From assembly GCF_009834535.1 (NCBI RefSeq), contig NC_045696.1, positions 7,318,001-7,382,000 of the forward strand: 64,000 bases of DNA, given 5' to 3'. The position numbers and the translations under genes are program-made. Under the pieces are notes generated by a model. That model was not told the DNA's origin. It saw only the letters and a list, made by a program, of their open reading frames with translations, and made no database searches. Numbering within the stretch: position 1 is the first letter of the stretch; each line of letters starts with the position of its first letter. This document shows positions 40,801-52,800 of the stretch, piece by piece. Source of the DNA: Camelus ferus. Its lineage: Eukaryota.

Positions 40801-43800
40801 CATCCAGCACCAGGGAGTCTCCTTGACAGTGGAAGGAAGTGTGAACCTCCAGCTCAGCGCCAAGAGTGTGGGTGTGTTCGAAGCATTCTATAATTCTGTT
40901 AAGGTGAGGATGCTTGCATTGCACATTTTTTGTTCATGAATCAAATGTCTGGTGATTTTCATTTGCTGTCTGGCTTTGTGGTTGCTGTTTATTATTTGTA
41001 AGGGATGGTGACAGTCATGTTTTCACTACTTACTAATCTGAAAAAACATTCAGGTGTTTTGATTCTGAATATATTCTGTTATTGAAAGCCTGTCTGTGCT
41101 CCTGTTAAGATTAGGGGAGCTGTTAGTGGAGTCATTCGGCCATTACAGAGACCAGGGCTCTTCTGAGAGGTTGTGCCTGAACCTTCTGGCACTCACTTTC
41201 TTAAAACAAAGCTGTTATTTTAACTGTTATTTTAACCCAGCTGCTGTTGGAGCTGGCATCCAGGTAAGATGCAGGGAGAGCCATTCTTTGCAGTCATTTA
41301 GCGTAAAGTTCTGTGTTCCAGAATGGTAAACTCTTTTTTTTCCATCTGTATAGTTTCCTTTCCCTGAGGGTCATGTTAACTCTTTCAGTTCCGAGGGAGA
41401 AAGAGTTCAGAGGAAGGAAGAGGGCAGCAGCAGTATTTGGATTCAGGGCCTCCCTGTGTTTTCCCAGTTTTATTTTCCTCCATCAGCATTTAGAGGCTCA
41501 CTTCAGAAGCTGTGAATTTTCTCAGCGTGATTCTAAACCAAGGCTTAGGATACCTTAACTAAGGTGTAACAGCCACCTTTCATGCAGGTTCTGAGCGTTG
41601 GTGCTGTCTCCCTCCCTAGGCCCAGTGGAGGAGGCCTCCCCAGCCCCCCGGGGCTGCAGAGCAGCCCTGCTCCTAAGACAGGGGTGCCTGCTAGGAGGTT
41701 GTTAGCACAGCCAGGATATTTGTGGGGAAGAGAGGGAGTTACATCGATTCACTTCCTACTGTGCATCCAAGGCCTAAGCATCCAGTCCTGCAAACGAACC
41801 AAAGACTTGGGCCGGCTCACCGCCCGCCTGCAGGTGCGGCACCGGGATGGTAGCGGCCGAGGGCTGGCCATGCTGTCTCTCGGGAGATTGTCTAATAGAC
41901 GCAGTAACTTGAAAGAAAGTGCATCAAAAAGTGCATGTCGATGGACTGAGTTGATTTTTCTTTACAGCCTATCCAGATTATCAACAGTACCATCGAAATG
42001 GTGAAGCCAGGGAAATTTCCCAGCGGCAAAACAGAAATTCCTTTTGAGTTTCCTCTGCTCGTGAAGGGTAACAAAGTTCTGTATGAGACTTATCATGGCG
42101 TGTTTGTCAACATTCAGGTGAGTTTCCTCATCCTGTGCAGCTGACCTCCCGACTCTCCTGCACCACAGCTTGGGCTCCCGTTCACTGAAAGTTCAAGGGC
42201 GGACCCAAGAGTTTAGTATGGTTTATTGCTGGGCCCCCCTGTGTATATTCTGAATTGATTTCTCATTTTGCCCTTTGGAACTTAATTTACGTATGACCAT
42301 TATCTTTGATGGGAATCCTGGAGGACCCATGCTGTAGATCCTTTTTAAAAATTCTGTTTCTTGGGGCTCTGTTCAGGCCATACTGACACCGTAAGGGGCG
42401 CTCTTCTTGTTGGTAATAGATATGCCCTCACTTCTCTCTGGCACCCGCACTAACTTGTCTGTTTCATACGTATAAATATCTCTTTGTTTAATATCCAAAG
42501 GCTGCTGCTCTACATAGGCTTGTGTTCTTTATTGAACAAGCCTCGTAAGTGAGGAGGAAGTGGACTTACGACTCCCGTCTGCCTCCGCTCGCTCAGGCTG
42601 CCTTTCACAGTGGCTGTTGTCCCCGGCACAGCTCAGAGTCATGACTCAGAGGGAGAGAAAGAGAGCCTTTCCTTTATTCAGTGGGAAGAAAGGTGCTTCT
42701 GTGATATCCATGGTTCCCTTGCTAGATGAGACAAAAGCATTTTGTTTTACGTACTTGCAGGAGGGCCGGAAATTAGGAAATTTTTTGACTTATTAATTGT
42801 TAGCCAATAATTCGGTCTTGGTAGAGACCATTTCCCTCTTAAAATATAGCACTTTTACAATAAAAGTCGTCAAAACACTTGTGAGTTTAGCCAAAGGATT
42901 GTACATGAGTTTTATGAATTGCCTAAAAGACTGGTCAAGAAGAAACACATGGAGTGTGATGTACTCTGTGGCAATACATATCTTTCTGTAAAGACAAGCT
43001 TTTCTAGTCCTTTGTTATCAGTGCACCTTTTTCGGGCAATATGCATACTAAAGGCTTTGGACAACCCTTAAGTAACAGCCAAGTGTCTAGTTCAAAGGAA
43101 GTCACTGTGTAGACATACAGGTTGTTGGTATGTAGACCTGAGTCCTCTGACCAGCTTTTCACCGTGGAAGAAAGTAAATGAAAAATAACCTTTTTAGCAA
43201 GACTGGAAATATCTCAAACGTTGCATTTTCAAAATTATTTTTATTCTCTTTCTAGAATCAGCATCAACCTGCTTTAACCACACAATGGTTCTTTGATACT
43301 GTTTATTTAATGATATAAGCATGTGTTTATTAGAAACTGAATAGAATAACATCAGATTTTCTGTGGGCATACTTCTTGCTTATTACTTTCTTTTCCAGTG
43401 TTTTTCTTGTTGAAAGATTAATTTATTTAAAATAAAACTGGGAATCTCATCCTTTTGCAAATATTGCTAATAAAGGCATACAGATATACATACAAAACTT
43501 GTGTTCCTCTGCAGCTATGTGTAAATTGGACACTGGTTAAAATGCAAAAGGAGACTTCACCTCTGGTTAATTCTTCAGTAAGCTAAAGAATCACCCCGAC
43601 CCCCTTTATTTTGGCCATTAGAGTTTACCACTTTGGGGATTAACCTCAGAACGCTACAGTTTGGAAACTCTGCACCTCCCCAAGTATCTCACAAGTTTCT
43701 GAAATCGAAAAGGTGTCTTCTTAGCCTCAGATCTATCAGAGCTTGTCACCCTGACACTTGTCACCTAGATTCAACGTTTATTAGAACTTTGCCACCTTTG

Positions 43801-46800
43801 ATTCATCTGTATTTGTTTTTTCTAAATCATTTCAAAGTTACTTAGAGAATCTTGACACTTTATCTCAAAATACAATCACTGTCTCCAAAAAATCAGGACA
43901 TCCTTCCACATAATCACAGTTAACATTTTCCCACCTGTCAAAATGAACAGAAGTTCTCCAGTGTCACCTAATTCCCAGTTCACATTCACATTTGTCATCG
44001 CTTCTTTTGAGAGACATACTTATTGAGAGAACCTAGGACTATGGTTTCTTGATCTCTTTTTCATTCATCAGTTCACTCGTCCCTCAGTTTCTCGACAGGT
44101 GTCTTGTTGGACAGCGGAGCCACCCGGAGAGGCAGCGACCCCTGGGTCTCACAGGCCGGCCTCCTGCAGGCGCCCCCGACCCAGTGCCATGGCTTGTTCC
44201 CGGTGCGAGGCTTTGGGTAGAAAGTGTTGTGTTGAACCCCAACATCTTTCTCAAATTATTTAGGTGCAGAGAAAATTTGCGTTTATCATTTGAGTTGCGT
44301 TGTAATAACAGAATGTAAAAATTAAAAAGTCATAAGACAGAATAAAGGATTTAAAATGTAGCCAGTAGTAAATTGCCACCTTGCAGACGCGGGTTTCCTT
44401 TTTACTTCTCAGATGGATGGCTTGATGACATTGGTTCCGATTGTTCGTAGCTGTGTTGCGTCCATTTCTCCTCAGTATTGTTCGACAGAACGTGTGAGAA
44501 GCTGTCAGTCTTTCTTAGTCCTCCTTTGTGCAACTCCTTTTTCTTTTAAAAGTTGTTTAAATCACAGGCAAGTTTTATTATGTTTGTTCTACTCTTGTGG
44601 CCGCACTAGCAAGATCTTACACTGTAACACAAAATACAGAAGTACCAACGTGTCTGCTGAAATTGTATATCGGAATTAGATTAGAGAGATGCTAGACATC
44701 CTTCTGCAGAGTGAAAATGTCCTTTCTAGGAGCCTGCCTTAAGGCCCCTGGCACGTGTCTTCTTCCTCACGCCTTTCTGTGTTGGGTTTACTGACGGTCG
44801 AAAAAGATCTAATCTTGCCCCTCCTTTTGGTGCCCTGCTCAAGTCTGACCCTCCTGACCCCTCTGACTGCCATAACTCATTCCTCCTGGGCCACTCCTTA
44901 GTCATTGGGAAAGATCACGATGGAGTGAAAGAATCCAGGGCTTTGCAGCAGACAGATCTGGGCTTGAGTTACAGTATTGCGTAAAGATTCAGAGCATGAG
45001 TTTTGGCAACAGGCAGGTGTAAGTTCAAATCCCACTTCTGTGACCCCTAGCAGCCCTCATGACCTCTCCTCCTAGGGGGTGGATGAGGTCTTGGTGTGAA
45101 GTACTTAGTTAACATAGTGCCTGGCACATCGAATGTACCCAGAAAATATTTGCCAAATGATTAAATAAATGAATTAATGGTGTCTACCCTTATCTTGTCT
45201 TAACAGTTCTGATATTCGAACTGTTAGAATTGAGAACACACATATAAAAGAACTTCATGCAATTCCTAAAACATAACATCAGTGTTTTCCTCTTCTCTCC
45301 ACCCTTCTCCCCATCCCCCACTTATCCCCAGCTGCCTTATATTACCAGCTACCGCTTTCACACTCAGAAAACATTTAGTGACCGGAAGTTGGTGTCTGTT
45401 ATTCACACTCTCATTGGCAAGTTGTGGAAATTCAGCTCAAACTGGCTTTGCCCAAAAAAAGGGATATTGGGGTGTAGAAGCTCACAATTCCAGGGGACTG
45501 CCTAGGCCAGGGGCGACCGAGGCAGCCTCCAGCATGGTTTCTCTGGCGCAGGCCCCACTCCCAGGCAGGCTCCACCCTGGCCCTGGCGAAGCTGGCTGCC
45601 AGCAGGCGGCTGCAGGTGTCCGGTCTCCTGGGTTGGCAGCCCCAGCAGAAAGGATTCTTTCCCGTAGCCCAGCAGCAGTCCTGGCTGACCTGCCATCTCC
45701 GGGTGGGGTGGGGTGGGGTAGGGGGAGTCAGCCCCGTCAAACCCCTGAGACTGAAAATGAGAAAGGGACATTCCCATTGGGAAAAGGATCGGGGAGACCA
45801 AGCAATTCGGAATAAAGTAGTGCCCGTTCTAGCCAGCGTGTGGGCCATGCGGGAGGAGGATGGTGTCCATAAGCACACCGACGCACACAGGTGTGTCAGA
45901 CACGCAGACAGAACGTGACAGAACGTGCGTGTGTAGTACCAGCCCTCACTGAGCCTGTCTGGCTGGGGAGGCAAGATTGAAATTGCCATGGAGAGTATAT
46001 ATGTAAAGGTCCTTGCAGACAAGGAATGATTCTTTTTTTCTTTTTTTTTTAATGTTTTAATCTCCAGGTAGTACCTTAAATATATAATAGCTTCTTTAAT
46101 GGGTAGGTTGTTCATAATAGTTGTAGCTTCTTGAATCAACTAGAGATATAATTCCCATTCTACAAATTGTCTTTAACATAATACTGCAGTATCTCCCGGA
46201 GGATCAAACAGCTGACTTTTTTGAACATGTGTGACTTTTTTTTTTTTTTAAGCAAGTTGGTTGTGGGAATGGGCTGAGGAATAACCTTAAAATGTTTTTT
46301 ATAGAAATGCCTTTATTTTGAACACTAACTCTCCCATTATGTATGTTAATTTTATAAAACACGTTAAGTGGACAGTTTCCCTAAAATATGTTGACTGACT
46401 TGTTTCTTTGTATGTGATTCCAAGATGAGAGCAGACCATCTAAAATAGCGTCTTCTCTGCCTTTTCCCTCCAGTACACCCTGCGCTGTGACATGAGGCGG
46501 TCACTGTTGGCCAAGGACTTGACCAAGACCTGTGAATTCATCGTTCACTCTGCTGTAAGCTGCCCTTGGGGGCTCTGTGCTCAGTCATAGGAATCTTTGG
46601 TGGGGGCTGGGACTTTGCCCCACTCACAAGCACTAAGTTAGCCTGGTGTGTTTCGTGGGAAAGACACGGGTGTCCGGGGTCAGACATGGCGCACAGCCGG
46701 TGGCATGAGCATCCGTGTGTCTCGTTCCCTGGAGCCCAGAGTCCCACAGGGTGATGCCATGGGCCCAGAGGGCGCTGCACCTGAGGGGTTTGCACCTCCA

Positions 46801-49800
46801 GGGAGCCCCGTGCTGGGGCACCTACCTTCATTACAGCGAGCAGTGAGCAGGCCTGCTCTCGGCCCTGGAGAGAGACGTCACCTCGTCCCTCAGGGTAGCT
46901 ACAGCCAGCAGCTCAGAGAAATGGCCCAGCCTGGGAGGAGGAGGCCAGGGGCTTACATTCTTGGCAGACACAGCAAGAACATACAGAGGTGCTCAGGCCG
47001 GGGTCCTGACACCTTCTGCTGATACTTTGCAGTGATAAAAATGTCCTCAAAAATTCCTTTCACGTGCAGACGTAGGAGACCAAGCCCCCCTCCCCAGCTG
47101 CTGCAGGCGACACATGGTGGGTGACAGGTCCTCATGCCCACAGCTCTGGTTCCCTTGTGTCACAGCCTCCCCAGGTCCTCTGGGGCAGGGCCGCTTACAC
47201 TGTTACAAAATGTCCGTGGGAATCTTTCAGTGATGATTAAGTGAAAACGTAAGACTTAAATCTCTCGCGCGTAAGATCGGAGAATCACTGACGCTCTTTC
47301 TGTGCAGCATTTTTGTGACTTCTTAGGACTTCCAATATCTGTAGTTCCCCTCTTTATAAATTTTTAATAAGCATAATGTTAAGTGTTTCCTTCAGTGCTG
47401 TAATGTTTTGTGTAAAATATGATTAAAATATCTTTTTTGGAAGTTATTTGATATAGATGGATATTTTCCTTTTTTCCATCAAGGATTTTCAAATGGAAGC
47501 AAAAAAAATGTCTTTTCACATAGATTATTCCCTAAAAAAAACACATACCATTTTATGTCCTAAAGAAAAAGAGCCTCCAGTTTTGTGAAGAAGAATGAGC
47601 CCAAATTCGGCCCCCCACTCAGAGCCGGGTCCCCGCACTCAGCCCTCGACCTGAGCCCACTCGTGACCACAGAGCCTGCTCACAGGCCAGCTCAGGCAGG
47701 GCAGCAGTGGGGGCATCCTCCCTGCTCCTGGGGGTTCACCCACACTCGGCCTTCAAGGATCGTGTTCTTTGTGAATGATTTCACAAGAAGGCCAAACCAC
47801 GCTGTGACTGTAGTTAACAAGTTAAATGTTCCTTTATGAGCTGCAAGGAAAAATATATTCACTAGTAAAAAGATTATATTCAAGAAGAATATTTCCCAGA
47901 GAAAGCTTTTGGTGAGTGAGTAAACTTGGCAAATTGGTCAGTGTCCTTTCTCCACTACGGCTCCTCTGCCATCTGGGCATCAGTGGCCTTTGGTCCCAGC
48001 CCACGAGTAAAAGACCCTGGGCAGGCCCAGGGAAGCTTGGCTGTGTTGATGGATTCTGCAGCTGTGTAATGCGGTGATGATCACTGTTAATTAGTTACGT
48101 TAACATTTATAATTACTGTTTTATAGGTGTGATTCTTCCCAGTGGACAGTTGTGCAGCTGAGTGGCTGACAGCTCTGGCCTTGGAGCCAGGCTGCCTGGG
48201 TTGGAATCTCTGCTCTGCCACTTACTTGAGCACCCTTTTAAGCTCTCTGCGCTTCCCTGTCCTCATCTGGAAAGTGGGACCATTGGTGGTAGCAGCAGCC
48301 CACAGGGTCAGCGTGCAGATTCAGTGGCACATTGTGGAGCCACTCTGGTGTGCATTCTCATTCTAAGAGAGAGGTTCAGATAAATGTCTCTCAGTAACGC
48401 TGCTTGGTTTCTTAAGTCTAATTTTTGAATTCTGGACCTGAAAGGGTCCTCAGAGACTGGGAAGCCTATCCCTTCATTTTACAGATGAGGAAGTTGAGTC
48501 ACGGGGATAAAGGCGTTTGACAGAACATGACATTCTTTCTTGGCAGAACTGTGTTTAGACCCCAAGCATCCTGCCTCTTAGTACCAAGTTCCGTCTGGTT
48601 CATTGTGCTGCCTTGGGTTTCTTTAGGCAGGGAAAGAGAATTTGACGTGCAGAACATTCAGCCCTCTACTGACTGTGCTTTTTCCTCCTGTTTTAGCCTC
48701 AGAAGGGGAAATTGACTCCGAGTCCCGTGGACTTCACTATTACACCTGAAACCTTACAGAATGTCAAAGAGGTAACGTGCTCCTTACACGCCATTGCCAG
48801 GGAGACTCGCATGGTAACCAGATCCCACTGATAAACTGCTGCCCAGTTGTTCTTTGTTTGGGTATCAGGTCATCAGCAAGAGGAAATTTTTGTCTGTACC
48901 CAAAATGTCTGTACTTTCAATTTTGATTTCTTGTTAAATTCAGTAACTACTTAGAAGAATGGTCTTTAAAAGAGAAGATCTACGTTTATGATTTTTTTTT
49001 ACTGTCTCCTCCCAGTGTTGTTGCATTGTGGTCAGAGACCTCTCCCCCGAGGCTAGAGCCCACGCTGCCTGTCCTGGTGGCCGCACCTCCTTTTTTTCTG
49101 GCTGGCCCCGGGCCGCTTGTCTGCCGTGGGTGTGGCTTTTCCTCCCTGCCCTACCTCTGCGTTCTGCCGTCTGGACCCTCCTGACTGTAGTCGAGTCAAA
49201 GGCCAGTGTGGGAGGATTATTGGCTTTGTCCCTTGGGAGGCACAGCTGAGGCAGGACTGTGTCATAGGGAGCCTTTCAGGAAGTCCATCTCCCTTCTCTG
49301 GTTTCTGGAGCACAGTGGCCCCCGTGAGCCAGTCATATTTTCTCCCAGGAATTGAAACGTTGATTGGAAGCACATGTGGGGCCAGCAGGTAGACCCAGGC
49401 AGTCAGTCCCTACTCCTGAGATGTCGCCCTGCCTCGGTTGTCCAAGCCTGAGAAGTAACACGCTGTGTCCCAGCTAGCTGGCCCCCTTTCCTGAAGTTGA
49501 TCTACTTCTGAAGAATCTAAATGACACAGAAATTGGTAATGGAACCATAGTGAGGAAGTGGTGCTGAGCAGAGAAAACCAGTTCCATCGCACGTGCCCCT
49601 TGTCAGTAGCATCTCGCTGGAGTTTTTGAAGTACGGTCACTTTTAATGAAGGAATTTAACCCATTCCTTTTGATTTTGCAAACTGATGCATTTGTTTGAT
49701 TCCTTGTATCTTGTCCTGTACTTCCTGGTTTGCTTATTGTTTTTCTTTTCTTCCACTCTTTAGTCTAATTGATCAAGGTCGTTGCAGTTGTTTTTCTTTT

Positions 49801-52800
49801 TTTTTTTTTTTCTGTTCTTATTGCTGTTTGCTCCTTATTTCTCTAACATCCTATTTCTACTTCCTAGTAGTTGCCCTTAAAAACTCAAATATACGTAGAC
49901 AATTATAAGTTTAAATAACAGCGTTGGGAATAAGTACTTTCTAGCAGAAGGCTTGTAACATTTTTGCCCTTCTCTGTCATCACCTCCCCTTTGTTGAAAC
50001 CATTTGAAATGTAAGTTTCAGCTTGTTATCAGTTTTATTTTTCCCGATATTAAACCTTTATTGGCTTGGAAACTTTTTTTTTTAAGCTTCACTTCCCATT
50101 TTTTTGAAGTAAAATTAATTTACAATGTTAGTTTCAAACACTACAATGTAGTGTTTGATATTTCTAGACATTATGAAATTATCCCATGATAAATCTAAGA
50201 AACCATTTCTTAACAGTTGCTTTAGTGTCAGTCGTATTGTTCGGCCTAATCAGAGGTTTCATCATAGCCATGGCTCATCAGTTTCCACTTGCTTATGTTT
50301 TCCTTCTTCAAATTATTTTTTGTTTTGCTGGAATACATCCTAGAGTCATTCTTTCAGAAAGGGTAAGGAGTGAGCTTAAAACCTGGAGTGTCTGAAAAAT
50401 ATCTTACTTTGTTCTCACATCTGAATTTTTGTTTGTCTAGGTAGAATATCCTGGCTCTAATATCATTTTCCCTTAGAACTTGGAAAAACAGCTTACTGGT
50501 TTTCTCTAGTGCCTAGTTATACTGATGACAATCTGATTCTCAAATTTGCGGGAACAAATCTGTTCCTACTCCTCTCGCCCTCACACCTGAAAACTTCCAA
50601 GATCTCCCCATGCTTCGTGGTGTAAAATGTCAAAGCACCAGCCCAGGTTTGCATCTTTATTTAGTCAGTGTGCCTGGTGTTTGGGGGTCTCTTTCATGCT
50701 AAAGGCTTGAGCCTTCCTTCAGCTCCACGAATTTCTCTTTTATTATTTCTTAAGTGCACCATGGAGGAACCCCTTGGCTCTGTTTCAGCTCACTGATTTG
50801 CTCTTCAGTTAGTATTTAGCCCCTCTGTTGAAGTGTTTGCTCCGATGATGGTGTGATTCATTTCGAAGCACGATTCCTTTGTCAGGGTAGCCCCTTCATT
50901 TCCTGCAACGCCGTGCGCCGCATCAAAGGCCCATCACTCCCGTCGTTGATGATTCCCATTGTTGATGCTCTTTCTTAGGGGGTTGGTTCTAATGTTTGTT
51001 GAGTGTGTGCCTCTCTTCCTTGCTTTTATTTTCCTCAACTGTTTATTGGTTCTTGGTTGTCAGTTTATATTTACAGATGAGGATCTAATATATACAGTAT
51101 TATTAACTGGACTGTGTCGCCATAGCCCCAGTGAGACTCTGCCTCTGAGTATAAAAACGCACTCTGATTAGCTTTGCCTTGAGGGTCGTACATTCAACCT
51201 TGTGGCCTTTCTTTTAGGGTGTGCAGGTAGCTTGTCCTGACTGTTGGCTTGCTGTCCTGCATCGGGGCCACAGGTGATTTGGGACACTTGTCCTGCCGTG
51301 GCCAGTCTGCTTTGGGGAGTCCCCCTGGGGGATGCTGTGGCCCCACCCTGGGGCAAGTGCTGACTCTGGAGGCTGCATGCAGCCAGGATAGCCCCCTTTG
51401 ATGCACCTGTGCACCCCTCCCCTGGATGGAGCCGCCCTTGATCTCAGGGTTGCGCAGAGCCCTGTCGGGAACCCTGTAGGGTGGGGCCCCTGAGCTCTCG
51501 GGGTCTGCACTGTCCGTCCACTTTCATCGTGCAGAGACACCTCACCAGGCCACCTCAGGGTGTCCCAAGCAGCTGTGCCGGGTGTGGGTCTCTCTTTATC
51601 TGCATATGTTCACACTGTCGGCGGAAGGACAGGTAAAATAAATGTTTAGTCAGTATCCTCAGCTGGATGTTGAGGGTTTTTTTTGTCAGTTGCCAAAAAC
51701 TTTTTTTTTTTAATGGAGGTACTGGGGATTTGAACCCAGGACCTCATGCATGCTCAGCACACACTGCCACTGAGCTCTACCCGCCCCTTAAAAGAATTTT
51801 CATGTGAACTGCTCCTGCTTTTTATTTTTCTAAACAAGTAGCTTCTTTTAGTGGTTTTTAGAATTCTGTCTTGAATCAAGATTTTTGTAGAGTTCTCTGC
51901 CTTTGGGGGCCACCAGGTACTGAGCACCCTGGCTCTCCAGCTCTTGACCTCCAGGACCTCCACGTGTGACCACTGACCCTTGGCGTGGGGCTGGTCTGAA
52001 CCAAGATGAGCTTAAGTATGAGATACTGGCCAAGTTTCAAAGACTCAGTATAAAAAAGAGAATGTAAAACCTCATTCATAATTTTAAAATATTGATTACA
52101 TGTAGAAGTGATAATATTTTGGATATAGTGGTTGACTTTCCCTGTTTCCTTTTACTTTTTTTATGTGACTACTAGAAAATTTTAAATTACATATTTGCTT
52201 CACACTTGTGATTTACATTATGTTTCTGTTGGACAGTGGTGTTCTAAACCCTGAATTATCTTCAGTAACTGGGACACAGCCATCGTAAATACCGCTAGAA
52301 CAATTGTCTCTAACTCTTTAAATCTGTTTTTCCGACAAGAATGTCATCACTTACCCTGACCATTTCCTCTGTCCAGAGAGAAAAGGTCCTAGGCTTTTAA
52401 TCAAGTACTGAAGAAAGTTGTTCTATTTAAATTTTCGTGAAATGAAATTAATGTGTTGGCTTTTCAAAATTGCAAAATTGGGAATATTTTAAAAATGATA
52501 ATCTTATTAAAACCAATAATCTTTTTAAAACCTTTTTTTTTTTTTTTGTGACCAGTTATCCTTAAACACTCTGGCAACTTCCTCAGACATCCCTATGTCG
52601 AATTACTTGGTGAGAAGGAGCTTTCCAGATCTGATCGAGGCAGTTAGGATGACTCTGGGCGAGATCTGTCATTGTGTACAGGCAGTGTCAGGCACCTTCT
52701 GTCTGTAGGTAGTTGTTGAATAATTCAGTCCGTGGCTTCAGTCGACAGAAGATGTAAGTACTACTGTACCTTTTTTCCCATTTTGTGAAACAGGGTCTCA

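Noticed and set aside
45432..46139. Longest ORF in the track (235 aa, minus strand)
   Set aside because: Non-ATG start, runs through a poly(A) tract and LTR-like GC-rich DNA antisense to intron 3, with no recognisable domain.
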